Assembly (NCBI GenBank): GCA_013265495.1
Contig: MU058009.1
Coordinates: 2,993,780-3,057,779 of the forward strand
Source of the DNA: Vicugna vicugna
Lineage: Eukaryota
DNA length: 64,000 bases
Direction of reading: 5' to 3'
Made by a program: the position numbers and the translations under genes. Numbering within the stretch: position 1 is the stretch's first letter; the number at the start of each line of letters is the position of its first letter. Below are positions 39,206 through 52,074 of the stretch, one piece after another. Below the pieces are notes generated by a model. The model saw only the letters and a program-made list of their open reading frames with translations, ran no database searches and was not told where the DNA came from.

Positions 39206-41779
39206 ACACGATACACTTGCAGTGCCTACAGAAAGCGTAGAGAGTAAAACCTGCTTTTGGAGATCCTGAGAATGTATGCAAATCAGCATGTTTAGGCATC
39301 ACAATCATTTTCTAAAATAAAGAGGACATGAATTTTCCTCTCTTGCAGTCTCAGTTCAAAGGTGAGCTTTGGATAGCTTTGTCCAGAGTGCACCCTCCGG
39401 GACTCTTGTTCTCAGGGACGCTCATAGATGTTATGAGAAGAAGGTGAAACCCAGTAATGCTGGCTTTATGAGAAGTTAGAATGTGAATAATCATGGGAAA
39501 CTCTAGTAGGAGCACATACCATGCGAAGGAATATGTATGTTTGAGCCGCGGTATCCTTCCCTTTTTAGGAACACACCGTGGTGGTGCTGCCCTAGAGGAA
39601 AGCGTACGTTCCGCTAACGTAACGTAAAACTGGGACTGGAAAGCAGTCGGCTGTCAGGGAGTAGTTAGGCAGGGTAATAATGGTAAGAACGCATACCTTT
39701 GTATATTATTCCTTAACTTTATTAAACAGCTCCAAGAGCAGGGGTCTGGGCTGTGGGGTGCCAGCAGGCAGGGTCAGGCCTGGGAACCCCTCCACAGGAT
39801 CTGAGACGGGGTGCCTGGGGGAGACGCCAAGTGAGAAAGCCGGGCGGGCTGCCCAGGAGAAGGCCCTGGGCAGAGAGGAAGAAACGGGGTGCGTGCCAGC
39901 AGGAGGAAGCTGCATTTTCCAGTAACATTTTTCACAGATGCTCTCACTGTTCTACTGTCCGACTTAAAAATTGCAATTGTTGGACATCAGTAAGAACAGA
40001 GGTGGCAGGGGAGCCCGGAGGACCTCCCGCGGACAGTGAGTGCAGGGGCTTCAACTCTTACAGAGAGGAGAGCCGGGGGCACGGGCGGGGGGAGCCCTTA
40101 AAGGTGGCCCTGTCTGAACGCGTCTCCTCCTCACCTCGGCCCCCCCGGAGGAGGCCACGTGTGTCCAGGGCTTACCTGGCGTGAGGCCCTGATTGTCTCG
40201 GAGACGTCCCTCAGGCCAGGAGCCATCTCAGGACCCTTTCTCCGGCTTCGGCTCTCTCGGTAGACCAAGTGCTTGATCGGATGCTGCAGGCCTCTGACGT
40301 TTCTTTTGCGACAGACCCTAATACCCCAGCCTGTAAGGTCCAGGCTGTCGGATGGATGGGCTGGGGCCCAGGACCTCCACCTCGTGGCTTCAGGGCGGGT
40401 CCGCATGGTTGCCGCTGTTCCTGGCGAGGTCTTTTCTAAAGAGAACTGTTTCTGTGGCATCAGGTGAGGGGTTCAGAATAGGGGCTCATCAAACTGCCAT
40501 TCCAGGACGTACTGGGAGACAGTGGAGGGCTTGCATAGGCCAAATGGCTCTGGGTGTGCTCAGGATGGGTGGGGCACCTTTAGACAGCCAGCCTCTAGTT
40601 GTTCTCTTTCTAGAGACAAAGTAAGAGGTGCCCTCAAGCACTGATTTCATCAAGACTCATCCCGCATGGGACGGGATCAGGGGTCAGAGGAAGAGGAGGC
40701 GGTAAAGAATGAGGACCTGAGGACCGTACAGACGTCTGAATGAGCCCCAGGAGGCAACCCTCCCCTCAGCTGCCTCCATTACAAAGAGCGGTGGGGCTTA
40801 CCTGGGAGGCGGAAGGGCTGACGAAGGCCCTGCCCCAGTGGGATTTTGGTCGATTGGCCTAAGCACAGGTCCTGTAGAACAGACAGATTTCACAGCCACG
40901 CCCCTCGCGTGAGGACATACAGCCCCTCCCACCACCTCCTTCTTACTCTTCACGTAGAAACATTCTACAGGCAACGTGGTGGCAGACATCTCAGGGGAAG
41001 CAGAGGACGAGGGTGGACTGAGAGGAAGCACCGGTGGTGGGAGCCTCTCCTAGCCCCTCACGCACCGCTTGGAGCACGCTGGATTTCCAGGGCCTGGTTT
41101 ATTTCCTGGAGCACCCTTGAGTGGGGTGGGGAGCCAGGACTGCTAGATCATGCTTTGGGCTGTGATTTCTGTAAGTTTTATTATGTGAATGTAGAGTCAG
41201 GAACAGGGGTCCTGAGCGCCTCTGGGATGCAGAAAAATCTTATGACATAGGCAGGACCCCGCAGTTTCCTGGCAGTTGGATGTGGCATCTTTGGATGAGT
41301 GACCTACCCTGCTGTGGAAGAGGCATGAAGACCAAGCCTCAAAATCTCTGCTTCTCCAGGCACCAGTGGGTGGTGGGTGAGGGGTGCTACCAGAGGGGTC
41401 CCTTTTCTCCCTAGTCTGGGGGCTGGGGGCCGTGCCAGTGGTGAGCAGGAGGCTGGTGGAGCACATGGTTCAGGGTCTCAGGCCAGCTTGTGGCACAGGG
41501 CTCTGCAGGCCTTCTCAGCACTGTGTCTGATTTTACTTGAGACCCTGGCGGAGAAGCCAGAGCTCTGGGCATGTGGGCCACCGGGCCGTCTCCTGACACG
41601 GCCTGTGAGCGGGTTTTCTGGGTACCTCCTGGCTGCCGGCAGGTCTGGTAGACTTTTCGCAGCAGCGTGCCATGCAGGGGAAACGCACTGCCCGCTTTTC
41701 TGCATTCTCTGCCATACATGGGAAACCAACAGGACAGAATTTGAATTACTTTTCTCCCTGCGGGACAGAGTATTTTAGG

Positions 41780-42100
41780 TTTGACTATTCTCGCCCTGCT
41801 TCATTCCACAAAGCACGTGAGGTGGCCTACACAAAGGCATACCATGTAGAGGAATGGAAATAAATAACTGAATGAATCAGGGTGATGGGAAAATAGGAAT
41901 AAATCAAAGCCACGATGAATGTTATCACCCAAAAATGCACACCCCATGATCCTGGACGTCACGTAGGGTTGGGCCACACATTTATACCTGTGGTGAAGGA
42001 GCTGGAAGTCCTAAAACACAAAGCAAGTCTGACCAGGGGATGAACCGTGCAGTGTTCGAATCCAGAAACAAGACATACATTGGGTATCTGAGAGCAACTT
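41780..42100. mobile_element. Possible L4 (RTE-X) ancient LINE fragment
   Basis: cttcattccacaaagcacgtgaggtggcctaca...gggccacacattt resembles my recollection of L4; not verified. Confidence 0.35.
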
Positions 42101-42109
42101 TTTCATTTG

Positions 42110-42940
42110 TCTTTATTCGTCTTAATACGCTATTTAATTCCTGCACAAGGATATCCACATCCTGTATGTAAGTTATAAGCTACAGACGCAGTAAGACCAG
42201 AGGACGATTTGTTCCGTGACTTGGATCTGCCGTGTGGTCCCTCCCGGCCCTCTGTGCCGCATCCTTTCACCAGAGAGGGTCACTGTCCTAAATTTTCTTT
42301 ATCATTCTTCAGACTTTTCATTTTGCTCTCTCCCCAGTGCGTTAACACAGAAATGGTATTGTGTCCTGTTTTGCTCTTTTTAGGTTTTTTGAAAGTGAGA
42401 TACAGACTCGAGTCGTCTGGGAGTCTTTCTGTTCCCTTCAGCCTCGTGTCCCAGTTGCCCTCGTGGGGCCGCGCGTATGTGCCGCTCACGCTTTTTTGCT
42501 GCTTCGCAGCCATCCTTTTGGTGGATATCCCGCCCTTCCCCCGCCCTGACCTTCCCTGTGGCTTCTCGTGCTGTGCTATTATGGATGTTGGCACTGAAAC
42601 CTTTTTTGAAGATGCCTCCTGGGGCACCCATTCCAGAGTGTGTCTGGGGTCATGTGTGTTTGCAGAATTGTTGGGTAGTGTTTTCCAAAGCAGTGGTACC
42701 AATCCTGCCAGTGGAGCAGAGCCTTCCTCGAATCCTTATCCTTTCCAACGTTTGACTTTGGCAGACGTACTCACTGTTGTCATCAGATGCCACAGAGTGG
42801 CATCACAATGACCTCACGTGGCATCAGTTGCATATCGTTGACTGATAAGAGAGCTGAACTTCATGCATTTATTTGTTTTATGTTTTTCCTCTTCTGTGAA
42901 GTATTTTTTCGTATGTATTTTGCGTATTCTTTTATTGGCT
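42110..42940 (-). mobile_element. Ancient L1 (L1ME-like) 3' fragment
   Basis: ccagagagggtcactgtcctaaattt...tgtgctattatggatgttggcactgaa...gttttccaaagcagtggtaccaat. Confidence 0.55.
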
Positions 42941-42949
42941 CTTCTTTTT

Positions 42950-43178
42950 TTGTTTTTAATATTTTTTACTGAGTTATAGTCATATTACAATGTTGTGTCA
43001 AATTCCAGTGTAGAGCACAATTTTTCAGTTATACATGAACATACATATATTCATTGTCACATTTTTTTTTTTTGCTGAGAGCTACCACAAGATCTTGTAT
43101 ATATTTCCCTGTGCTACACAGTATGATGTTGTTTATCTGTTCTACGTTTTGAAATCCCAGCCTGTCCCTTCCCACCCA
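42950..43178 (-). mobile_element. Young L1 3' tail
   Basis: ttttttactgagttatagtca...caaattccagtgtagagcacaatttttcagttatacat...tttccctgtgctacacagta...gtcccttcccaccc. Confidence 0.85.
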
Positions 43179-43244
43179 CCAGCTCTTTTTCTTACTGATA
43201 CTTTTTCTCTTCTTAGGCCAACTTTTCTTTTCCTAGCCAGACGA

Positions 43245-43900
43245 TCTCATTTACTCTTATGACTTCAATTTTCTCTCCTATATGCAGATTATTCACAAAT
43301 CTAAGTATTCAGCCCAAGACTTTCTTTTGCGCGCCACACCCATGAGTCCGACCATGTACTCAACATCTTTACTTGGATGTCCCGTTAGGATTACACAGTT
43401 CAGTGTGTCCAGAATTGAGCTCATCATCTTCCCACCCTGGCCGAATTCTTCTGTTTTGTTTTCTGTCTCAGGAATATCACCACCAACAACTCAGGTGTCC
43501 CAGCCCCAGACGTCAAAGTGGTTTCTGACACTAGCCTCCCTCACACGCTATGTTCAGTCAACCAATTAGGGAATTAATCCCTAAATAGCCCTTGAACCCG
43601 TTCCCGCCTCTGCATCCACAGTGCTACTCCTTTGCTCAGTGGTCACAGGAAACCCTCATCCCTGCAGAGCCCCCCTAGCTGGGCTGCTGGCCCGTCACCT
43701 TGCTTCCCTCCAGCCTGTTACAGCAGCTCCGCGTTGGCCCAGGTGGTGGCTTTCGCAAACGTGCTTTGTCATCAGGTGTCTCCCTGGTTGGACAGTTTTA
43801 TTTCTTACAGAGGTCCAAGCACCTTGTGGCTCAGATGGCTCTCATCAGGCCCCAGTTCTTCATCTGTTGCCATGTCCTCGGCTTGCTCTGTGCCTTGTTG
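43245..43900 (+). mobile_element. L2 LINE fragment
   Basis: tatgcagattattcacaaatct...acttggatgtcc...gtgtccagaattgagctcatcatcttccc. Confidence 0.7.
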
Positions 43901-44785
43901 TACCCAGATATGTTGGAAGCCGCCTTACCTGATAAAATTAATTTTTAAAAATCGAGTTAAGCAAGAGAATCATGAAAAATAATATTTACATACGATGCGT
44001 ATTTTATTTTAGAACACACAAATGTGTATTTTTTCAGTGGCGTTTTGAAATTGGGCCAAGAACTTTCCTTGGAGTGTAGGTTGATGGGTGTTGCACGTCA
44101 TCTTTCTTGCATAAACCACACCAATAATGGATTATTTATGATTTCCAGTTACAGTCTTTTAAAAAGTGGATCCTAGAGTTGACGCTTGTGAAGCAACAGG
44201 AGTGCATAATTCTTCTCCATTTTAAAGACTTAGTTTTCTCCCCCAAACGACTAAAGTGGTTTTACCCATACCTAATTTGAAAATATTTTTTTTAGGCTTT
44301 ACCCTCATGAAATCTATTCAAAGCGTTCTATGTAGAATAAAAACAGCCGCTTTCTTTTTTCGCAATTATATTTCATCACGATACCTAATTCAATTATATA
44401 ATTAAAAATGACACTAAAACCAGCATAAACGGCTTTAGGAACAAATACAGCTGATCCCTGAAAAGCATTTAACTCGTCTGGAGGAGCAGACATGCTCTGG
44501 CCACAACCACGCATGCTCAGTGTGCTGCGGGCCCCAGTCAGTCTGCTTTACCAAGGACTAGATATGAGGGAAGTTTGTTTAAAGAAATGTCTTCTCTATT
44601 TGCAGTTCTTTACATGCCCATCTCCAGGCTTTTGCCCAAGAAGGGATCCTGTTTTCCACTGAAGTTCACTCCTGATTTTCCCTTCTATCTCAGTGTACCT
44701 CTCACTTCATCTGCTAAGCCTTCTCTGACTCCCCCACACTTGGATGGAAGCCTCACTACATGCTACCATAGGCGTCTGTCTCCCT

Positions 44786-44986
44786 TTCTAAGGTTTCTCA
44801 ACATTTTGGGCCAGATTATTCCTTTTTGCTGGGATCTGTTCTGTGCGTGGTTAAGATGTTTAGCTGCATCCCTGGTCTCGCTTAGATGCCGGGAGCATCC
44901 TCCCCCAGGTTGTGACAATCAAAGACGTCTTTCAGGTGTTACTGATGTGTCCTGGGGGACACAGTTGCCCTGGTAGAGAACCACTG
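44786..44986 (+). mobile_element. MER20 (hAT-Charlie) DNA transposon
   Basis: ggtttctcaacattttgggccagattattc...atgtttagctgcatccctgg...gttgtgacaatcaaa...gagaaccactg. Confidence 0.85.
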
Positions 44987-46329
44987 CCCTCAGTGATAAA
45001 GGTTTGTTGAATGAATGAATGACCTTATTACTTGGACTGATACAAAATCAAACAGCAACAAAGTAGCCTATAAATTCAAGAAAGTACTCAGGTGCTATTT
45101 CAGACAATATCTCCATCCTGCAAGATACGTTTCAGTGCATTTTTTTTCAGTGCATTTTTTATCTGGAACTTTGCTGCCAACCTAGGAAGTTGTTTTTACT
45201 GCCTGCAGGAAAACGCTAGTGATGTTTTATAAATTTCAAGTTATTTTTTTAGCCTGCTACAAGTCTTTCTCTCCCTCATCCCACTTTGGCATCTGCCCAA
45301 ATCTTAGGCCTTCATAGTGGGAAAGATACACTCTGTCCATCTACTGAGATCTGCCTGTATGGTCCCAAGTGAATTTTGGTCTCCATGCTCCTGAAGTTAA
45401 GTGTAGGAATGAATGCATGTGAGGAAGGAGGGATGGCTTGGAAGTACGTTTAGCTAGCGTGCCATCCTATTCAGAAGTCTGTCTGGGCCCCATGAAAACC
45501 AGCTCACCAAACCTCCAGGTGGAATCATTGCCATATTTCTTTGACATTGCCCCGTGGGGGCTTCACTTATTTGTTTGACAAATATTTTTGAACACCTCGT
45601 ATTTTGAGCCAGACACTGAATTAAATGCTGGCCATCGTGCACATGTCACGTGGTTTACCGAAAAAAAAGTTCAGGCTACAGGAATGTCAGTCCATCGCTA
45701 GACTAAATGCTGGTCAGAATGCTCCATATTACCCAGCTTATGCCTCCTTTCATTTAAGCGAATGCTGGGAGGTGGTTAAGAAGACAAGGAAATGGTTGGA
45801 AGGCCGACTGTCTTGCTTGAGGTATTGCCGTGAACACTGAGGCTCTCTTCTGTGGGAGACTCATCACGGGGGTGACAGGTGTCAGCCATCTAGAAAAGGG
45901 ACGCTGCACGAGGCACAGGCCATGATGGGCGTCACGGAGGCCCTCCTGATGTGCATGCTATCGGCCAGCCTCCACCGAGGACCGTTGGTGCCACCCACCC
46001 TCCCTGAGACCCACCCTCCCCACCCACCCCGTGTTTGTGCTGCACCTGGGCCTTCAGGACTGAGCTGTGGGACCTTTCACCAGGAAACCCCTACCTGCTA
46101 AGACTGCTTGCAGAAGATGCGCTTGCCTGAGCCTTCCCAGAAATAACTGTTGTGGTTTGAGCTGCTGGAAATAGCCAGTCCGATCGCAAAGCTCAGATGG
46201 GCACATCAGCTTTCTGTTCGCTGGTTGCCAGCAGAGGCTCAGAGGGAAGTTCCTGCAGGCTCCCCGCTCTGGTCCACCCGGGCTTCATTTTCCATCGCTG
46301 ATGCTTCCAGCCCTGCAAACATACACAGC

Positions 46330-46343
46330 GTCACCATGGCAAC
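46330..46343. promoter_or_regulatory. RFX X-box motif
   Basis: gtcaccatggcaac fits the near-palindromic RFX consensus. Confidence 0.45.
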
Positions 46344-47521
46344 CCGGGACTGATACAGCCATGTGAGGCGCATGAGGCAGATCTCTCCTCTGATGTTTTG
46401 TTAGGAGGGACAGGAAGCCTTTAAAAGCTTTCAGAGCCACCCTGCCTCACCCCTGATTTTCACACAAGAGCAGCTACCTCAGCTGTCAACAAAATATCCT
46501 TTGCCTTTCGTTTTGCTTTGCTTGCGGGAGTGACCTCAAGCTCCGGGAGATGACCCTCCAGGATGAACAGGGTCTCAGACCCCAGACCCACCCCGAATGG
46601 TTTGCCAGCTGTTGAGCGGGGCCGGGCCATGCTGGAGGAGCAGGGCTCGCTCCCCACACTGAGCTGGGGAGCTCCCTGTTCTCTGAGCAAGACCTTGACC
46701 CTCCCGTCTGTACCCCCACCTCTTCCAGGCTGCCACCTCCTCACATCTGGGTCATGGGTCCCCTTGCTTTCGACGCCTCCCCCCACCTCCTCCCAGCCCC
46801 TGGCCGTCCTGTGTGATGAGGTGGACTCTTTGTGGGGCCGTTCCTGGGGGACCTGACTGTGACCATGTCACACTGGGCTCTGCTTCATGTCCAGCATTCT
46901 TTTCTAGGTGAAATCAGGCTTAAAGGAATACGAGGCAGCAACGGGGAAAACAGCTGCAGTCTGCAGAATGCCCCCAGCCGAGCCATGGCGGAGAAAGTGG
47001 CAGGGGAGAGGGGTCAGCAGGAGGCACCGGAGGTGGAGGTGGGACCCGGGGAAGGGGACCAAAGGTCAGGGCTTATCTTATCCACAGCGACGCACCCCAC
47101 AGGGTGTGTCGCTTGCTAAGCCCTTCTGGATGCTGTGCTGGGGGAGACACTGTGGCTCAGAGGGGTTGACGGTGGTCACTTGCCCATGCCCGTGGCTGGC
47201 GCAGCAGAAAGGACTTTCTTCCCTGCACGGAAATGAGTGTATCTTCCCTAAAGATGGGCATGGGGAAAGTCAATGACCAGGGCCTGGAGGAGCAGCCACA
47301 GATCTGAATAAGTGAACTTTCAGCAGGTTCTAGAAGGAGGGTCCACCCTCTTTGTCACCAAGCCCCAAATTCTCTGTCTAGCTTTCAAATTTGCCTCAAT
47401 CTGGCTCAGACCAACTTGGAACTCCCACTTTTCAGCGTACCCCTCCTGCCGCAGCCAGGCAGAACGTCTTTTTAGTCCTCCAAGGCATTGTCCTACCCGC
47501 TGTGTCTTGAATGTCTTGAAT

Positions 47522-48421
47522 GTCTTGAATTCCTCCCTGGCTTCCTGAAATATTGGCTGTAAAGGCCAGGTTCAGGACCACTGCTTCCGCAAGTGTGCGG
47601 ACAGCTCCACCCTGGGGCTCTCTCCCCCTCCCCTCCTCCCCCACCCCTTGCAGCCCCTTCCGCCTGCTCATCCGTCTTCCCTCACAGCTTCCTGGGTGTT
47701 AGGTCTGTCCCGTGGTAGACAGAGCTCCAGGCTCAGACAGTGCTCTGCTCCCCAAGCTCAAGGGACAGGGCCAGACTCGAGGGGAGTGCTTTATTACCAC
47801 CTGCTGAGGTTCTGTTTTCTTCAAAAATTTGCACTGCAGATGCAGCGCACCCTTGGTTGCCTGCCCAGTGTGTGCTTCCCTCTTCCGCCTCCACCGTTTG
47901 TTTTCAGTGTCTGTGGGCTACATGTTTTAAACGGAGGACCCTCACCCAGCAGGAGAGTTTAAAATGAAACTAGTCTTGAATTCCTCCCTGGCTTCCTGAA
48001 ATATTGGCTGTAAAGGCCAGGTTCAGGACCACTGCTTCCGCAAGTGTGCGGACAGCTCCACCCTGGGGCTCTCTCCCCCTCCCCTCCTCCCCCACCCCTT
48101 GCAGCCCCTTCCGCCTGCTCATCCGTCTTCCCTCACAGCTTCCTGGGTGTTAGGTCTGTCCCGTGGTAGACAGAGCTCCAGGCTCAGACAGTGCTCTGCT
48201 CCCCAAGCTCAAGGGACAGGGCCAGACTCGAGGGGAGTGCTTTATTACCACCTGCTGAGGTTCTGTTTTCTTCAAAAATTTGCACTGCAGATGCAGCGCA
48301 CCCTTGGTTGCCTGCCCAGTGTGTGCTTCCCTCTTCCGCCTCCACCGTTTGTTTTCAGTGTCTGTGGGCTACATGTTTTAAACGGAGGACCTCACCCAGC
48401 AAGAGAGTTTAAAATGAAACT
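47522..48421. repeat. Tandem duplication, period 451 bp, two near-identical copies
   Basis: Copy 1 47522-47971, copy 2 47973-48421; duplicated ORFs at 47648/48099 and 47740/48191. Confidence 0.97.
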
Positions 48422-48869
48422 GTAATTAAGGGGGCTTTCTGAATGTGGCCGAAATTAATGTTCGGAATTCAGAGTCTTGTAATCCTCAAATGTCAATGAG
48501 TTTAATCACCAGAGATCATCCCTCACCAAGTGGAATGGTCCTGAGGTCCTGAAAACAGTGAGTACTGAACCCCAGAGCTGCCAGACACCCCCTTTCCTGG
48601 GTCTGAGCAGCTGCAGCCTCTCCCCATGGGGGTGAGGACCTCACGCACCCCTAAAAGAAAGCAGGGTGCCCACTGGCCTGTGATTTGCTGCGGCAGCTTC
48701 TTGCCCCACATTTTCCCAAGTGTTTGGTTGGGCCACCCATCAGCTAAACTTCCGAGGACTCCGTCTCCTGAGGAGTGTTCCTTGTGACTCAGACCACGTC
48801 CCCAGGGCTCCCCTGATCTGCGGGAGCCGCAGAACCCGACCGCTGCACAACCTTGGACGTTAGCTGCTC

Positions 48870-49005
48870 TGGCCTTTTAATTTGCAGCAGAGAAAGTCAA
48901 AGCCCAGAGAAGTGAAGTCACTTGCCCAAGGTCACACACGTAGAGGTACCGCTGGCACTGGAAACCGGTGTCCTGGCGGCCAAGCCAGCATTCTTTCCAC
49001 AACAC
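48870..49005 (-). mobile_element. MIR fragment
   Basis: tttgcagcagagaaagtcaaagcccagagaagtgaagtcacttgcccaaggtcacac. Confidence 0.75.
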
Positions 49006-50324
49006 ACAGAAGAGAAGAATGGAAAAGCAAACAGACCACGCGGCCAGCCAGAGCTGGGTTTGGGTTCTGACTTTTCCCTGCAGCCCACGTCACTTTGGGA
49101 AAGTCACTTAATCTTTCGAATCTGCAGCACCCTTGTTTGAAAACAGAGATAAACATTCAGCAAATATTGATGAAGTGCCTTTTCTGGGCTGGTACATGCT
49201 GCTTTTGGTCTTGGGTCCAGAGGGAATGAAACAGGCCAAGTCCCTCGGCCCAAGACGTGCAGCTTGAATCGTGGGGGTGTGAAGGCTAAAACAGGTGCCT
49301 CGGAGGTTACTGTGAGCGTTAAATGAGCTGGTGTGTCTCTTAACTCAGGTCTTGGCAAAATAGACTTTTAATAAGTGGTAACTATATCTTAAATGTCTAT
49401 ATATTAGAAATATGTATATGTATGGATTCCCAGTCTCCCCAGAGAAGACAAGCTCCTGGGGTGGCAGGGTCCTTCCTCAGTGTCCTGTCCAGCCCTGCAG
49501 AGTCGGGGTTTCCCGCAGCCCCAACAGTCCTGCAGTGACGAGAGCACGGCCCTAACCTCTGCCCACGTCCTCAAGGATGGTCCTCACTTCCCTGGCATCT
49601 TATTGATTAATCCAGATGCTACTCTTAGTTTCTCAGCGGGGACCTTTCCCCAGCAGCCCACTCAGCTCCTTGGCGCTCCTCTGGCTTCTGAGCCACTGCC
49701 ACCAGGCCTTGCGTTGGTTCCGGCCTGGCCTGCCGCTTGGCTCCCCGATCCCTCGTGTGGGACTGGCCTGCTCCCTCCTGCCCCGCCCTGACGTGCCCCC
49801 AGGCCCCTGGCAAGCTGCCGGTGATGCGGTTCCTGCCAATACTCCAGCCCCAGTCCCAGCCCCAGATCCCGGAGCACACCCCCGCCCCCACCTCTTCCGT
49901 CTCCAGGCGCACAGTCTAATCTGAAGTAACGGGACTTAGGGTGTGGAGAAAAGCCCTTGGCTTTAGCAGCTTGTAAACTCTACTGTATTGCCCCTCCCTC
50001 ACGTCTGGGGCAGGACGAGCTGTGCCTTGGGTTGGTGGGCAGAGAGGCAGCCATTTAGGAAGGAGAGGAAATGAAGGGGAATGAGCCAGGGACAGCCCGC
50101 AGAGGGCTGCTCAGATCACAGCTCTCCCCCCCGTCAAGTCCTAGCAGTGTCCCGTGAATGTTTCCCAATGCGCGGGAGCCGGTCATCCACTCCAGCCCCC
50201 AAACCACAGGAGGTTAGGGTTGTAAGAGGAGCGATCTAAGTTTCAGAGAGCGTGGATGACAAGCCACCTTCGGAACACTTCCTGTGTCTTCGTCTTCTCT
50301 TTAGTGATGATAATTGAGAATTAG

Positions 50325-50530
50325 GTACAGCTCACAATTACAGAGCACTGGGGGCCACTGTTCCAAATACTGTAGATACATGAGCTTATTTAAGCCTCAA
50401 AACAATGCTACAAAGTAGGTCCTGTTACAATTCAGTTTATTGTAAAGAAATGGAGGCGTCAGGTGGTTAAGTAGTTGGTCCAAGGATGTGCAGCCGAGGT
50501 TCAGCCTGGCGACTTAGCCCCCGAGCCGCC
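50325..50530 (-). mobile_element. MIR SINE
   Basis: atttaagcctcaaaacaatgctacaaagtaggt...gaaatggaggcgtcaggtggttaagtagttggtccaagg. Confidence 0.7.
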
Positions 50531-52074
50531 CTGCGCTATCGCCTGCGATCCATTTACCGCTCAGTCACTCACATAAGAGAGATGCTTTCTATCTCATCTC
50601 AGGCAGGAGCAGTCCTGTCACACCAGTGTGCGTTCCGTCCACTGGAAATCTGTTGTCAGACGCTGTTCCCAGGGTGGCCGTGGAAGGGGAGGCACGGGGA
50701 CCCATGCCAGGCTGTGGTTTTCCTCCCTGTGGTTCTGCGGCAGGAAGGGCAGCTCCTTCCTTTCTTCCCTGGGAAAGCTGGACCACAGCCTTCCATTCTC
50801 CGTAGTGGCAGCCTCTGATCCTTCCTGCTGGGAGGGCCCCCTTTCTTGTCCAGACTGTCTCTGTTCAAAAGAACTCATTCAGAAATCCCAGATCTGTAAA
50901 TCAAGGTGTGCTTGAATGAGAAGTGATTGTTCTGGTCGGTAAACTGGGGGTGGGGAGCCAGGCGTCTACAACCCCGCCCCTTCTCTCCCTGTGCTTCTTG
51001 CATCTGCCGAAGACTCCCATTATCCTCTCTTCCCACAGCAGAGATTTGAGAGGGTGGACCCTGCTCCTGCAGCTGAGGCATACCTGGTCCAGGACCACCG
51101 TGGCTAAATGGTTAAATTTGGTGAATTCTGGAGTTCAGTGTTAGGAAGCCCATCGTTACTGCACATCTAAGCCAGGTTTCCCAGTATCTATTTTAGTAAC
51201 AAAATTGGTATTGTTATCCTCCCCTTTCAGTTGCTTCCAAATGCACACAAGGAAAGGGGTAGCTAAGCATTTCCTTTCCTATCACTAGAGTCAGCCAAAT
51301 CAGTCCTGAGCTATGGTTTAAAATAGACATAGGTACATATTCACATATACACATGAATAAAGAGCTGTCAGTCAGGATTCACCAATGTTTCAAAGAAGGA
51401 TGCTTGTGGTGGTCTTCCTTCCTTTCCCTAGGCTGAATCTGCTGTACCTGGGAGCTAGACTCTTAGGGGATGGAGAAAGTCTGAGTGTCCTAAAGTAAAT
51501 TATCTGTTGTCCATGGAGCTGAGTTTTCCCTAATCTAATTTTCTGAGTAGACAGGGATGGAATGCAGAATCAAGCTCAGAGCAGGAGTGACTTGAAAAAG
51601 TAAGTGGTGGTATCAAATCAATACTGGGATAGACTCAGAAGCAGATACAAGAGTCTGATGAGCCTGGGTTTGGTGATCTCAGACCTCGGCACGCAGCAAA
51701 CCGCTAACTAGGAAGGTGAACATGGACATGCCATTTAGACAAGAATTTGCTCACTACACAGATTGCATGCCATAAATATCATCTCCTCTGTGCCTGTAAT
51801 GTAGCAGGCATCTCCACATCCACTCTGTCAGTTATTAATCCTGACCAGCGTTTTGAGGGAGCTGGGAAGCAGAGAGGATGAGGTTAAGGGAATTGTACAG
51901 AATCAGACAGCAGGAGGTAAGACTTGAACTCAGGTTTATTGACAACAGGGCCCATCTTTTTTCCATTATATGATCTAAGGACACAGAATTCCATTAAGTA
52001 TGGAAAAATGACATAGTCCTGTTTCTAAGGAGTTTAAAGTTGAACTGAATACAAATATACACCCATGATTAAAA

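Noticed and set aside
42209..42811. 200-aa hydrophobic ORF
   Set aside because: Lies antisense within a T-rich old L1 remnant.
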